Virus record (IMG/VR): IMGVR_UViG_3300023174_005819
Location: 1 to 64,000 of that record
Direction: 5' to 3' (one strand)
DNA: 64,000 nt
Source of the DNA: a virus
The notes beneath the pieces are model-generated. The model saw nothing but the letters and a program-made list of their open reading frames with translations, searched no databases and was not told the DNA's origin. Positions 48,474-59,181 of the stretch are shown here, piece by piece; position 1 is the first letter of the stretch, and each line of letters starts with the position of its first letter. A program made the position numbers and the translations under genes.

Positions 48474-49958
48474 ATGATTTATTCTTTACAAGTAGAAAGA
48501 CATGTATTAGGTGGTCTATTAAAGCATCAAGATTTATTTGCAGATATTGATGTATTTTTAACAGAGAATGATTTCTATAATGATGTTCATTGTACTATTT
48601 ATTCAATATTTAAGAATATCAAGCATAGGGGCGAAAATGTAGATAAAGTACTATTAGCCGAAAAGATTAAAAATCTTGGAATCTCATTTAAAGATGAAAT
48701 TAATATCTTTGATTATATTGATAACTTAAGCTTCTCACAAATCACGGAAGAAGCAACAATGGAAGCGTGCAAGGAACTTATTAAGTTGCGAGTTAGAAGA
48801 GAAATATCTTCAACAGCAGATAAGCTTAAAGAATATGTAACGAAAAACTCAGATGAATCACTTGATTCTATAATATCTAAAATAGATCAGATTTATAACA
48901 AAAAGATCTCGTCTTATTCTGAGAATGATATGCCAATTAATATTTTTGAAGGAGTTGAAGATCTTATCGAAGAAATTGGCAATAGTCCAAAAGAAGATAC
49001 TGGACTTATAACTCCATATTCTGAATTTAATAGAATGTATGGTGGTTTAAAGAATGGTAATATTTATGCAATCGCAAGTAGGCCAGGTCAAGGAAAATCA
49101 ACTTGGTTAAATGATATTTGTTTTAAAACTTCTATTAATCCTAAGAATAAAACTAAAACTCTTATTCTTGATACCGAAATGCAAACTGTAGATATTCAAT
49201 TAAGAATGGTTGCATCTTTAAGTGGAGTTCCAGTTTGGTATCTTGAAACTGGAAACTGGCGTAAAAATGAAGAAATGACCAAGAAAGTAAGAGAAGCTTG
49301 GGATAAGGTTAAAAAATATGAATACTTTCATTATCATGTAGGAAATAAAAATATTGATCAAGTATGTTCTATGATTCGCAGATGGTATCTTTCTAAAGTT
49401 GGAAGAGGAAATCAAGCTATGATCGCTTATGATTACATTAAACTAACTGGAGAAAAAGTCGGACAAAACTGGGCAGAACATCAAGCGATTGGTGATAAGA
49501 TAGACAAACTAAAAAGAATTTCAGAAGAAATCAATTGTCCAATTATTACAGCCATGCAATTGAATAGAACTGGTGAAAGTTTTAATAGAAAAGGTTCAGA
49601 GGTTGTTGATGATAGCTCTGTAATTTCACTTTCAGATAGATTACAATGGTTCGCATCATTCGTAGCAATCTTTAGAAGAAAAACTCTAGATGAGATTACT
49701 CTTGATGGTCAAGCGTTTGGAACTCATAAGTTGATTCCCACTAAAACTAGATTCCAAGGAAAAGACGCAGCTGGTCATCAAGATTTGGTTAGAAGACTAG
49801 ATTGCACTGGTAAAGAAGTCTGGTCACAAAATTATTTAAATTATAATGTTCAAAACTTTAATATAGAAGAAAGAGGATCACTCGCAGATGTAGCAGAACG
49901 TCAAAGAGAACAATACGAACTTAATGATGCAAACGCAAATGACGGAGAACTATTATGA
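48474..49958 (+). CDS. dnaB: replicative DNA helicase
   Basis: ASRPGQGKS, LDTEM, YDYIKL, TAMQLNR. Confidence 0.92.
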   Translation: MIYSLQVERHVLGGLLKHQDLFADIDVFLTENDFYNDVHCTIYSIFKNIKHRGENVDKVLLAEKIKNLGISFKDEINIFDYIDNLSFSQITEEATMEACKELIKLRVRREISSTADKLKEYVTKNSDESLDSIISKIDQIYNKKISSYSENDMPINIFEGVEDLIEEIGNSPKEDTGLITPYSEFNRMYGGLKNGNIYAIASRPGQGKSTWLNDICFKTSINPKNKTKTLILDTEMQTVDIQLRMVASLSGVPVWYLETGNWRKNEEMTKKVREAWDKVKKYEYFHYHVGNKNIDQVCSMIRRWYLSKVGRGNQAMIAYDYIKLTGEKVGQNWAEHQAIGDKIDKLKRISEEINCPIITAMQLNRTGESFNRKGSEVVDDSSVISLSDRLQWFASFVAIFRRKTLDEITLDGQAFGTHKLIPTKTRFQGKDAAGHQDLVRRLDCTGKEVWSQNYLNYNVQNFNIEERGSLADVAERQREQYELNDANANDGELL

Positions 49959-50611
49959 ATGTAAATTTAGTATCAATTACAAAACCAGAAATTAAAGGAA
50001 TTAAAAATCCAGAAGATTTAGTTGCATTTTGTGCTAGAGTTAGTAATCCATCTAATCAAATGAATGTTGAAACTGCTCCGAAGCTATTAAAATTTTTAAT
50101 CAAACATAAGCATTGGAGTCCATTCGAACTTGTTGATATGTGTGTTGAAATTAAAACTAGCAGAGGAATTGCAGCTCAAATTCTTAGACACAGATCATTT
50201 AGTTTTCAAGAATTTAGTCAAAGATATAGTATTGCAAATGAGTTTGAAGATATTGAACTCAGATTACAAGGAGATAAGAATAGGCAAGTGGGTGAAATTC
50301 TTATGAAAACAAATACCGATGCATATGATAAAGTCAATGAACTTCTAATAGAATCCCTATCACTTTCTCAACATTGTTATGATACAATGATTGAAAATGG
50401 AGTTGCGAAAGAAGTAGCAAGAATGATATTACCACTAACAACTCAAACCACAATGTATATGAAAGGTTCATTAAGAAGCTGGATTCATTATATCGAATTA
50501 AGAACAGAACAGAATACTCAAAAAGAACATAGAGTAATTGCAGAAAAATGTAAAAAGATTTTCATTAAAGAATTTCCTACAATAAGTGAGGCTTTAGAAT
50601 GGAAGAATTAA
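49955..50611 (+). CDS. thyX: flavin-dependent thymidylate synthase
   Basis: HWSPFE, QILRHRSFSFQEFSQRY, EVARMILP, TQKEHR. Confidence 0.95.
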   Translation: MNVNLVSITKPEIKGIKNPEDLVAFCARVSNPSNQMNVETAPKLLKFLIKHKHWSPFELVDMCVEIKTSRGIAAQILRHRSFSFQEFSQRYSIANEFEDIELRLQGDKNRQVGEILMKTNTDAYDKVNELLIESLSLSQHCYDTMIENGVAKEVARMILPLTTQTTMYMKGSLRSWIHYIELRTEQNTQKEHRVIAEKCKKIFIKEFPTISEALEWKN

Positions 50612-51504
50612 ATGTATATCAAATCCTAACAGATCTTGGTTACCAATTAAAAGATTGTGGAAAAGAATTTAGAGCTAAACCTTTATATAGGGATAGCGAT
50701 AATGACTCTGTATTAAGAATCTACAAAGATACTGGCAAATGGGTGGATTTCAAACAGAATATGAGCGGCGACATAAACTCACTAGTTAAATTAACACTTA
50801 AATTAGAAAATCCAAGTGAAGCTCAAGAATGGCTTAAAAATAAAAACTTTGCATTTAAAAAGCCAACAGAACCAGAAAAACCACTTATAAAATCTTCTAA
50901 AAAATTTGATATAGAAATTCTTTCTAAACTACAAGACGATCAAGAGTATTGGCTCAAAAGAGGAGTAGATATTGAAACATTAAAAATTTTCAAAGGTGGA
51001 GTTGCAAAAATGGGAAAGATGAAAAACAGATATGTATTTCCTATTTTTAATTCTAAGAATAATATTATAGGATTTTCTGGAAGAGACATTACCAATTTAT
51101 CTAAGATAAAGTGGAAGCATATTGGTGAAAAAACAGAATTTGTTTATCCATTATTTGTTAATTCAGAAATCATACAACAACAAAAAGAAATAATCTTAGT
51201 TGAAAGTATTGGAGATATGTTGAGTTTATGGCAAGCTGGAGTTAAGAATACTCTTGTTACATTTGGAACTAGTTTAAGTTTAGCGATTTTAAATTACTGT
51301 TTAAAACTTGATCCAAAAAAAATTTATATTAGTTTAAACAATGATTCAAATAAAAACAATGCTGGAAATATTGCAGCAGAAAAAACTCAATCTAGATTGA
51401 GTAGATACTTTGATAAAAGTCAACTTAAAATAGCTCTACCACCTAAAAAAGATTTTGGTGAGATGACTAAAGAAGAAATAATTCAATGGAAAAACAATCT
51501 TTAA
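50599..51504 (+). CDS. DNA primase (DnaG-like TOPRIM)
   Basis: RYVFPI...IGFSGR, LVESIGD, KKDFGEM; no canonical Zn finger. Confidence 0.8.
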   Translation: MEELNVYQILTDLGYQLKDCGKEFRAKPLYRDSDNDSVLRIYKDTGKWVDFKQNMSGDINSLVKLTLKLENPSEAQEWLKNKNFAFKKPTEPEKPLIKSSKKFDIEILSKLQDDQEYWLKRGVDIETLKIFKGGVAKMGKMKNRYVFPIFNSKNNIIGFSGRDITNLSKIKWKHIGEKTEFVYPLFVNSEIIQQQKEIILVESIGDMLSLWQAGVKNTLVTFGTSLSLAILNYCLKLDPKKIYISLNNDSNKNNAGNIAAEKTQSRLSRYFDKSQLKIALPPKKDFGEMTKEEIIQWKNNL

Positions 51505-52451
51505 AAGTATTATCAGCATCTAGAATTAAAACTCTTGAGACTTGCTCTTGGGTTTATTGGAATAATTATCATACCAAAGTTCCACAATCTCAAAATGATG
51601 GAGCTTTAAGAGGAACGATTTGTCATACAGTTTTTGAATTACTCTTAAATAAAAGACATCTTAAAAATTATAAAAGAATAATAAAAAAGAATTCGATTGA
51701 TGGTGATGAGGGAGTAAATAGGTTAGTTAAAAAACTATCAGCAAAGGTCAAGCTTGACGAAAGCAATTATAAACTATTAAATGATATGATTTTAGTTGGC
51801 CTTAAAAACGACTTCTTTGGACAAGGTGGAGAAATAATTAAACCAGAGTATGATTTTGATATTAAAAATGATGAACCAAAATATCATATTCGTGGCTTTA
51901 TAGATAAGCCAGTTAAAATCAAAAAAGAAATGCATATAATCGACTATAAAAGCTCTAAATACAAGTTTAGGGGTGATGACCTTGAAGCTAATATTCAAGC
52001 TATGATGTATAGTCTTGCTAGTAAAAAATTATGGCCCAAGTTGAAACCTATTGTTAAATTTCTATTTCTCAGGTTTCCAAAACAACCAATTCAAGAGCTA
52101 GTATTTGATGACAATCAAATTAAAGGATTCGAGCATTATCTGGAGCACATTAATGATTATGTTAATAAGTTTGACGAAGAATCTGCCAGATCAAACTTTG
52201 CAATAGATAGCGTTAAGAATAAGTGGATGTGTCAAATTGGTGGATGGAAATGTCCATATAAAGATCCATATACATATTATGTCAAAGTAAATGATAAAGG
52301 CGATATAGTAGAAACTAGCCTAGAAGATAATTTTAAAGATATTAAAGGATTCAAAGTAGAAACTCGAAAATATGAAGGATGTCCAAAGTTTCAAGCTGCT
52401 TCCGCTAAAGATGACTTTCTAGATGACTCAAAAGACGAATTTTTAGATTGA
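51486..52451 (+). CDS. PD-(D/E)XK (RecB/Cas4-like) nuclease
   Basis: LSASRIKT, RGTICH, RGFIDK...IIDYKSS, QAMMYSL. Confidence 0.82.
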   Translation: MEKQSLKVLSASRIKTLETCSWVYWNNYHTKVPQSQNDGALRGTICHTVFELLLNKRHLKNYKRIIKKNSIDGDEGVNRLVKKLSAKVKLDESNYKLLNDMILVGLKNDFFGQGGEIIKPEYDFDIKNDEPKYHIRGFIDKPVKIKKEMHIIDYKSSKYKFRGDDLEANIQAMMYSLASKKLWPKLKPIVKFLFLRFPKQPIQELVFDDNQIKGFEHYLEHINDYVNKFDEESARSNFAIDSVKNKWMCQIGGWKCPYKDPYTYYVKVNDKGDIVETSLEDNFKDIKGFKVETRKYEGCPKFQAASAKDDFLDDSKDEFLD

Positions 52452-52483
52452 TATATTTATAAATTGTTGTTATATTGGTAAAA

Positions 52484-53230
52484 ATGATACCTTTATTTAA
52501 ATCTCATTATTCTTTAGGAAGATCTATTCTTACTCTAGAGGATAAATCTGAAAGAGATGAGTATCCAGATTCTATTATTCAAATAGCTAAACAAAATAAA
52601 TTAAAAGAGATATTTCTAGTAGAAGATAATATGTCATCATTTCTTGAAGCTTATACTAATTGCAAGAACAATGATATTAAATTAAATTATGGATTAAGAA
52701 TTTCAGTTACAGAGTCGATAGCTGATAAAACGGATGAATCAAGAGCAAAAAACTCAAAATTTATACTTTTCTTTAAAAATAAAAAAGGTTACGAATCCTT
52801 GACTAAATTATTTAGTATTGGTGCAAAAGATGGTTTTTATTATGAACCTAGAGTAGATTATACTACAATAAAGAATAACTGGTCAGATGATTTAATTATG
52901 GGTATTCCATTCTATGATTCTTTCATATTTAATAATACTTTAAAAAATAGCATATGTGTTCCACAAATAGATTTTACAAAACCAGTAGTATTCATTGAGC
53001 AAAATGAATTGCCTTTTGATTTTATTATTAAAGATAAAATATTATCATTTGCAGAAAAGAATAAATTAGAAATTTATAAAGCAAAAAGCATTTACTATAA
53101 TGATAGAAAAGATTTTAAAACATACTTGACATTCAGATGCATTAATAATAGAAGTGTTCTAAATAAACCAGATATTGAGCATATGAGTAGTAATGAATTT
53201 TCTTTTGAAAGCTGGAAGGAAAATAATTAA
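52484..53230 (+). CDS. stand-alone PHP domain of DNA polymerase III alpha
   Basis: PLFKSHYSLGRSIL, LNYGLRI, LFFKNKKGYESLTKL, YYEPRVD. Confidence 0.8.
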   Translation: MIPLFKSHYSLGRSILTLEDKSERDEYPDSIIQIAKQNKLKEIFLVEDNMSSFLEAYTNCKNNDIKLNYGLRISVTESIADKTDESRAKNSKFILFFKNKKGYESLTKLFSIGAKDGFYYEPRVDYTTIKNNWSDDLIMGIPFYDSFIFNNTLKNSICVPQIDFTKPVVFIEQNELPFDFIIKDKILSFAEKNKLEIYKAKSIYYNDRKDFKTYLTFRCINNRSVLNKPDIEHMSSNEFSFESWKENN

Positions 53231-53232
53231 AT

Positions 53233-53871
53233 ATGGACGAACATTTATTAAGATACGACAAAAATAAAACTTTAGTTTTTATAGATTGCGAAACATTTAA
53301 TCTTTGCTTAAATTTTTGTCATAATATTCCTTGGCAAATTGCTATGCTTAAAGTTCAAGGCGATAAAAAAATTGATCAAAAGAATTTTTATTTAAAATGG
53401 CAAACAGACTTAAAAATTAGTCAAGATGCAGCCAGAATCACAAGATATGACCATAAAAAAGTTCAAAAAGAAGGTTATGATCCTAAAGAGATATTTCCAA
53501 CTATTAAAGATTGGTTAGACCATGCAGATTATATTATTGGTCACAATACTCTTGGGTTTGACATTTATCTTATAAAAGAGTATTATAAATACATGGGTTG
53601 TAATTGGCATCATCTTGTGAATAAATTTATTGATACAAATGCAATAGCAAGAGGTATAAAATATGAGATGCCTTATAATTCAAAAGATAGCTTAATTGAA
53701 TATCAATATAAAATTCTTCATACTAGAAAAAAGAATGTTAAAAGTTCTTTGACTTTCTTAGGAAAAGAAAATGGGATAGAACATGATTACGAAAAACTTC
53801 ATGATGCTATTAATGATCTTGACTTAAATTTAAAAGTATGGAATAAATTAAAATGGCAATTAGAGGTATAA
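53233..53871 (+). CDS. DEDDh 3'-5' exonuclease (DnaQ-like)
   Basis: FIDCET, GHNTLGFD, LHDAINDL. Confidence 0.85.
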   Translation: MDEHLLRYDKNKTLVFIDCETFNLCLNFCHNIPWQIAMLKVQGDKKIDQKNFYLKWQTDLKISQDAARITRYDHKKVQKEGYDPKEIFPTIKDWLDHADYIIGHNTLGFDIYLIKEYYKYMGCNWHHLVNKFIDTNAIARGIKYEMPYNSKDSLIEYQYKILHTRKKNVKSSLTFLGKENGIEHDYEKLHDAINDLDLNLKVWNKLKWQLEV

Positions 53872-53872
53872 T

Positions 53873-54097
53873 ATGGCATCATTAGACGATATTTATGATA
53901 TAATCCAAAAACTAGAAAATGGTGGAATAGAATATTTACTTATCACGGTCCAAAAAGGTAAAAAACAAGGTAAGGCTGATGTATTCTTTAATCTAAAAGA
54001 TAAGGCATCTATGAAAATATTAGCGACTGGATTAGCAGCTTTTAACAAAGAGATAGATAATATTGATAGACAAGATGAAGATGAAGATGATGAATAA
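53873..54097 (+). CDS. small acidic hypothetical protein
   Basis: 74-aa ORF between the exonuclease and dnaE. Confidence 0.6.
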   Translation: MASLDDIYDIIQKLENGGIEYLLITVQKGKKQGKADVFFNLKDKASMKILATGLAAFNKEIDNIDRQDEDEDDE

Positions 54098-56672
54098 TAC
54101 CATAAAAGATGAATTATTTTCCAGTAAGTTTACTACTACTGACCTTGGATTGCATGGGGTCAGACTTCCAGAATTTAATATTGATGGATCTTTAAAAAGA
54201 CATCTTAACATTAGCGAAGATGTTTCTAATTACGACTTTCTAAGGGCATTAGCCCTAAATGGTTTCAAAGATTTAAAGATAGAAAAAGATAATAAAGATT
54301 ACAAGAAATATATTGATCGAGCAAAATACGAACTAGAAACATTGAAAGAATTAGGTTTTACTGATTATGTTTTATTAGTATGGGATGTTATTAATTTTTG
54401 TAAAACAAATAATATACCAGTTGGACTAGGTAGAGGTTCAGCTGCTGGTTCACTTATTCTTTATCTAATTGGCGTAACTAGAATTGATCCAGTTAAATAT
54501 GACCTTTATTTCGAAAGATTTATATCCAAGATTCGAGCTAAAAAGCAGGTTATTGATGGAGTAACATATCTTGATGGCAGTTTAATGTGCGATGTCGATT
54601 TAGATATTTGTTATTATAATCGTCAAAAAGTATTACAGTATTTAGAGTCTAAATTTAAAGGTAAAACTAGTAAAATTCTAACGCTTAATACTTTAAGTGG
54701 AAAACTTTTAATTAAAGAATGTGGTAAAATCGTTGGAGAAAAAACAGAAGAAGAAATGACGAATATTTCTTCATTAATCCCCAAAGTTTATGGTCAAGTT
54801 AAAGATATTAATACTGCATATGAAGAAGTAGAAAAATTTAAAGAATGGTGCGATGAAAATAAAGAAACATTTCAAATTGCTTTAAAGTTAAGAGATTTAA
54901 TTAAAAATAAAGGAGTTCATCCATCTGGAGTTCTTCTTTCTTACTACGATTTAGAAACAGTATGTCCAACAGAATTTTCTTCTGATAAAGAACCAGTTTC
55001 AAGTTTTGATATGAATTGGGTTAGTTTATTTAATATTAAACTTGATATCTTGGGATTAAGAAGTGTTTCCGTAGTTGATGATGTTTGTAAAAATATTGGC
55101 ATTAAAGTAGAAGATATTGATTTAAATCATGAATCTATCTATAGAAATCTACAAGATTTAAAATCTCCTCATGGTTTATTCCAAATTGAAGCAGAAACTA
55201 ACTTTAGAGTTTGTCAAAAAGTAAAACCAAAGAATCTTGAAGAACTTAGCGGAGTATTAGCTCTAGCAAGACCTGGAGCATTACAATTCGTAGATAAATA
55301 TGCTGCCCACACAAATTATCAACAATCAGAAAGTATTCATCCATTCTTTGATGATATTCTAAAACAAACTGGTGGAGTAGCATTGTATCAAGAGCAATTG
55401 ATGAAGATGGCTAATAAGATTGGATTTACTTTGGATGAAGCAGAAATCTTAAGAAGAATCGTAGGCAAAAAGAAAACCGAAGAGATCAAAGCTTGGAAAA
55501 AGAAGATTGAATCAAAGATCAAAGAAAATAAAATACCAAAAGAAGTAGGAGAAATTCTATGGAAAATCTTGGAAGATTCTGCGAATTATTCTTTTAACAA
55601 GAGTCATTCATTGGCATATGCAGCTTTAGCGGCAGTTACAATTTATTTAAAATTTAATTATCCTCAACAATTCTTCTTATCTTTATTGAAAATGAGCAGA
55701 AACGAACCAGACCCAATTGGTGAAATTTCTAAAATTCAAAAAGAAATGCATGAGTTTGATATTAAACTTCTTCCTCCGCATATCATCAAATCAGAGATGG
55801 ATTTCTCAACAGAAGATAAAGATATTAGATTCGGATTACTATCAATCAAAGGTATTAGTGATAAATCTATTGAAAAATTAAATAGTTTTAGAAATAAGTA
55901 TTCTAATAAATTTGAGATTTTTCAAGCAGCAGAAGAAGCCAATCTTAATATTGGAGTGTTATCTTCTTTAATTCAAGCAGGAGCATTGAGTGGTTTTAGT
56001 CAATCTAGAAGTAAAATTGTATTAGAAGCTCAATTATGGAATATTTTAACTTCTAAAGAAAAGAAATATTCAATTTCATTCGCAGACAAATTTGATTATG
56101 ACTTAATTAAAATTATTAAGCATCTTAATAAATTTACTGACGAAAAGAATCATTTAGTTATTAAAGATAATAGATTAAATACTATTAAAGCAAAATATGC
56201 ACCATATCTTGAAATCTATAACCAAAATAGTAAAAGCGAAAGTTTTGCTAATTGGTATTATGAAAAGAAACTTTTGGGATATACATATAATAAAAATTTA
56301 AGAGATATCTTCGCAGAGAAAAGAGAAAATCTTAAATATGTTAGCGATATTGTAGATGAACCAGTTAATAGTAAAGTGGCATTTGTTGGTCAAATAGAAG
56401 AAGTCTATACTGGGGTATCTAAAAATGAAAAGAAAACCAGATATGTAAGGTTAAAGATATCAGATGAAACAAGTTCAATTAGCGTATTAATATTTAATGA
56501 TAATATTGAGAATAATAAATTATTAAATAATAAAGCTTTTGAAGAAGGAAATATTGTTATTGCTAAGGGCTCAAAGAGAGATGATTGTATATTTGGAGAC
56601 TTGATAGCTATTCAAGATCATCAAATTTATATGAAATTAAATGATTTAAAAAAGACAGATAAAAATAATTGA
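54090..56672 (+). CDS. dnaE: DNA polymerase III alpha catalytic core (lacks PHP)
   Basis: GLGRGSAAGSL, FERF, DVDLD, HPSG, KLDILGL, YQEQLM, YSFNKSH, C-terminal OB fold; start may be 54087 or 54090. Confidence 0.93.
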   Translation: MNNTIKDELFSSKFTTTDLGLHGVRLPEFNIDGSLKRHLNISEDVSNYDFLRALALNGFKDLKIEKDNKDYKKYIDRAKYELETLKELGFTDYVLLVWDVINFCKTNNIPVGLGRGSAAGSLILYLIGVTRIDPVKYDLYFERFISKIRAKKQVIDGVTYLDGSLMCDVDLDICYYNRQKVLQYLESKFKGKTSKILTLNTLSGKLLIKECGKIVGEKTEEEMTNISSLIPKVYGQVKDINTAYEEVEKFKEWCDENKETFQIALKLRDLIKNKGVHPSGVLLSYYDLETVCPTEFSSDKEPVSSFDMNWVSLFNIKLDILGLRSVSVVDDVCKNIGIKVEDIDLNHESIYRNLQDLKSPHGLFQIEAETNFRVCQKVKPKNLEELSGVLALARPGALQFVDKYAAHTNYQQSESIHPFFDDILKQTGGVALYQEQLMKMANKIGFTLDEAEILRRIVGKKKTEEIKAWKKKIESKIKENKIPKEVGEILWKILEDSANYSFNKSHSLAYAALAAVTIYLKFNYPQQFFLSLLKMSRNEPDPIGEISKIQKEMHEFDIKLLPPHIIKSEMDFSTEDKDIRFGLLSIKGISDKSIEKLNSFRNKYSNKFEIFQAAEEANLNIGVLSSLIQAGALSGFSQSRSKIVLEAQLWNILTSKEKKYSISFADKFDYDLIKIIKHLNKFTDEKNHLVIKDNRLNTIKAKYAPYLEIYNQNSKSESFANWYYEKKLLGYTYNKNLRDIFAEKRENLKYVSDIVDEPVNSKVAFVGQIEEVYTGVSKNEKKTRYVRLKISDETSSISVLIFNDNIENNKLLNNKAFEEGNIVIAKGSKRDDCIFGDLIAIQDHQIYMKLNDLKKTDKNN

Positions 56673-56697
56673 CATTTCTAAATATAGCTAGTAACAT
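56669..56697 (+). promoter_or_regulatory. sigma70-type promoter
   Basis: TTGACA (56669-56674), 17 nt, TAACAT (56692-56697), 8 nt, ATG. Confidence 0.65.
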
Positions 56698-56705
56698 AAA
56701 GTAAT

Positions 56706-57251
56706 ATGATATCATTTTATAAACCAAATAGCAAGAATACAGGCACGGCTTGTAGTTTCAGCGTAAATTCAAAAGATAATTCAGTATGGGGGTCATTAAT
56801 CAAGCAAAGCTCTTGGAATGATGCCAAAAAAATTGGATCTTTTTCAGAAAATCAAAATAATCCAAGTAAAAGTGTTAAAGTCAAATTTTCTTTAACAGAA
56901 GCAGCAGGTCTTTTAGATGCTCTAGAAAGAAACACAGAATTTTCAGCATATCATACTTCTGAGAAACAAATTACAAAAATCAAATTAGCACCTTATATTA
57001 GAGATGAAAAACAAGTAGGCTTTTCATATAGCGTAAATAAAGAAGACAAGCAAAATGTTGAAAATAAACAATCCTATTTGATTGGTTTTTATTTTAACGA
57101 AGCAAGACTATTGAAAGAATTTTTAAGTTATTCTTTAAATTCTGTTTTCGAAGCTCAAAGAATTGAAGCTATTAAGAAAGCAAAAAATTCAACAAAAGAA
57201 ACCAAAGACGTTAGCGCAACTAATCAAGAAGAAGATAGCGAACTCTGGTAA
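56706..57251 (+). CDS. putative ssDNA-binding protein (Whirly/PC4-like fold)
   Basis: Repeated beta-strand/helix pattern (KFSLTEAAGLL; FYFNEARLL), acidic tail ending EEDSELW, located directly after dnaE. Confidence 0.45.
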   Translation: MISFYKPNSKNTGTACSFSVNSKDNSVWGSLIKQSSWNDAKKIGSFSENQNNPSKSVKVKFSLTEAAGLLDALERNTEFSAYHTSEKQITKIKLAPYIRDEKQVGFSYSVNKEDKQNVENKQSYLIGFYFNEARLLKEFLSYSLNSVFEAQRIEAIKKAKNSTKETKDVSATNQEEDSELW

Positions 57252-59167
57252 TGGAAAGAAAAAAGAAAGTTCTAATACAAACGGATTTTGCCTTAGCTAA
57301 AACAGGCTTTGGTAGAAACGCTAGAGCTTTACTTAAATATTTGTATTCTACAAATAAATATGATTTAATTCATTATTGCTGTGGAATGACTTATGATCAT
57401 CCAGAATTCAAAAAGACTCCTTGGAGATCTGTTGGCTCACTTCCTAATACTCAACAAGAATTAGATCAACTAAATAAAGATCCAAATTTAGCTCGAATGG
57501 CAAGTTATGGAGCGCATTATTTAGATCGAGTTATCAATGATGAAAAGCCAGACGTATATTTTGCAGTACAAGATATTTGGGGGGTAGATTTTGCTATTGA
57601 AAAGCCTTGGTTTAATAAAATTGCATCTGTAATTTGGACTACATTAGATTCTCTACCTATTCTTCAATCTGCTATTACTAATGCTCCAAAAATTAAAAAT
57701 TATTGGATTTGGAGTAATTTTGCTACAAAAGCTCTTCATAAACTTGGATATAGTCATGTAAAAACTATTCATGGATCTTTGGAAGATAAAGATTTTTATC
57801 GTTTATCAGATTTTGATAGAAATCAACTTAGGAAAAAATACAATATTGCTCAAGATGCATTTATTATCGGATTTGTATTTAGAAATCAATTAAGAAAAAG
57901 CGTTCCTAATTTACTTCAAGGATATGCATTATGGAAGAAAAATAATCCTCAAATTAAAAATACATACTTACTACTTCACACTCATTGGGGAGAAGGGTGG
58001 AATATACATAAATTAGCAGCAGAAGCTGGAGTAAATCAAAATGAAATATTAACAACTTATATATGTAAAAGCTGTGGAAATTATGAAATTAAAAATTTTA
58101 CTGCACAAGATTTAGATTGTAAATTTTGTGGATCAAAGAAAACTCAAACCACAACAAATGTTAGTATCGGAGTCACGGAGGCTCAATTAAATGAAGTATA
58201 TAATTTAATGGATGTTTATTGTCATCCATTTACTAGTGGGGGTCAGGAAATTCCAATTCAAGAAGCAAAATTAACGGAATTAATTACGTTAGTTACAAAT
58301 TATAGTTGCGGAGAGGAAATGTGTGAACCAGAAGCTAACTCATTACCACTAGATTGGATAGAATACAGAGAACATGGTACAGAATTTATTAAAGCATCAA
58401 CTCTTCCAGAATCAATAGCAAAACAATTAAATATAGTATATAAAATGCCTATTCATCAAAGAAAAGAAATTGGAAAAAAGGCCAGAGAATGGACTATTAA
58501 AAATTTTGCAATTAGTAATGTTGGAAAAAGTATAGAAAATTTTATTGATAATCAAAAATTAGTTGATTGGAATGAAATAAAAGAGAATCCAGAGGATAAA
58601 AAAGATCCTTATTTTCAAATTCCAAATATCACAGATGATGCAGAATGGTTAATATTTATGTATCATAATATATTAAAAATGAAAAATATTGATCGCAATG
58701 ATTCTGGACATCAATATTGGATGGGAGAATTAGCGAAAGGAGCAAAAAGACAAGATATCGAAAATTATTTTAGAAATGTGGCATTAAAAGAAACAGAAGA
58801 TAAAAAACAGGTTAAATTTGAGGATCTACTTGACCCAAATGATAAAGGTAGAGTGATATATGTTATGCCAGAGAGTGCTGGAGATATTTTCTTAAGCACT
58901 GCATTATTTAAATCTATTAAAAATAGATATCCAGATTATAGTTTATATGTTGCAACAAAACCACAGTACAAAGATATTTTAGATGGTAATCCATATGTTC
59001 ATAGATGGATAGAGTATAATCCAATTATGGATAATTTGATTTGGTTAGAAGGAAATAATCAACATAATGGATATTTTGATATTGCTTATTTACCATATAC
59101 TTGTACTCAAAGAAATTTAAATTATCTTCACAATGGTTTAGATAAAATAGAATTTCAATTAAGTTGA
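57251..59167 (+). CDS. multidomain GT-B glycosyltransferase (GT4-like with a Zn-ribbon insert, plus a GT9-like C-terminal segment)
   Basis: TGFGR, RNQLRKS, CKSC...CKFC, GGQEIPIQEA; C-terminal SAGDIFLSTALFKSIK...GNPYV. Confidence 0.78.
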   Translation: MERKKKVLIQTDFALAKTGFGRNARALLKYLYSTNKYDLIHYCCGMTYDHPEFKKTPWRSVGSLPNTQQELDQLNKDPNLARMASYGAHYLDRVINDEKPDVYFAVQDIWGVDFAIEKPWFNKIASVIWTTLDSLPILQSAITNAPKIKNYWIWSNFATKALHKLGYSHVKTIHGSLEDKDFYRLSDFDRNQLRKKYNIAQDAFIIGFVFRNQLRKSVPNLLQGYALWKKNNPQIKNTYLLLHTHWGEGWNIHKLAAEAGVNQNEILTTYICKSCGNYEIKNFTAQDLDCKFCGSKKTQTTTNVSIGVTEAQLNEVYNLMDVYCHPFTSGGQEIPIQEAKLTELITLVTNYSCGEEMCEPEANSLPLDWIEYREHGTEFIKASTLPESIAKQLNIVYKMPIHQRKEIGKKAREWTIKNFAISNVGKSIENFIDNQKLVDWNEIKENPEDKKDPYFQIPNITDDAEWLIFMYHNILKMKNIDRNDSGHQYWMGELAKGAKRQDIENYFRNVALKETEDKKQVKFEDLLDPNDKGRVIYVMPESAGDIFLSTALFKSIKNRYPDYSLYVATKPQYKDILDGNPYVHRWIEYNPIMDNLIWLEGNNQHNGYFDIAYLPYTCTQRNLNYLHNGLDKIEFQLS

Positions 59168-59181
59168 TATATCATAAATAA

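Noticed and set aside
51486-52451. Cas4 as part of a CRISPR system
   Set aside because: No array or other cas genes; stand-alone PD-(D/E)XK nucleases are routine in phage replication blocks.
54073-54097. AAGATG tandem repeat and the MKMKMM N-terminus of DnaE
   Set aside because: It encodes the acidic DEDEDDE tail of the upstream gene; the DnaE start is probably at 54087 or 54090.
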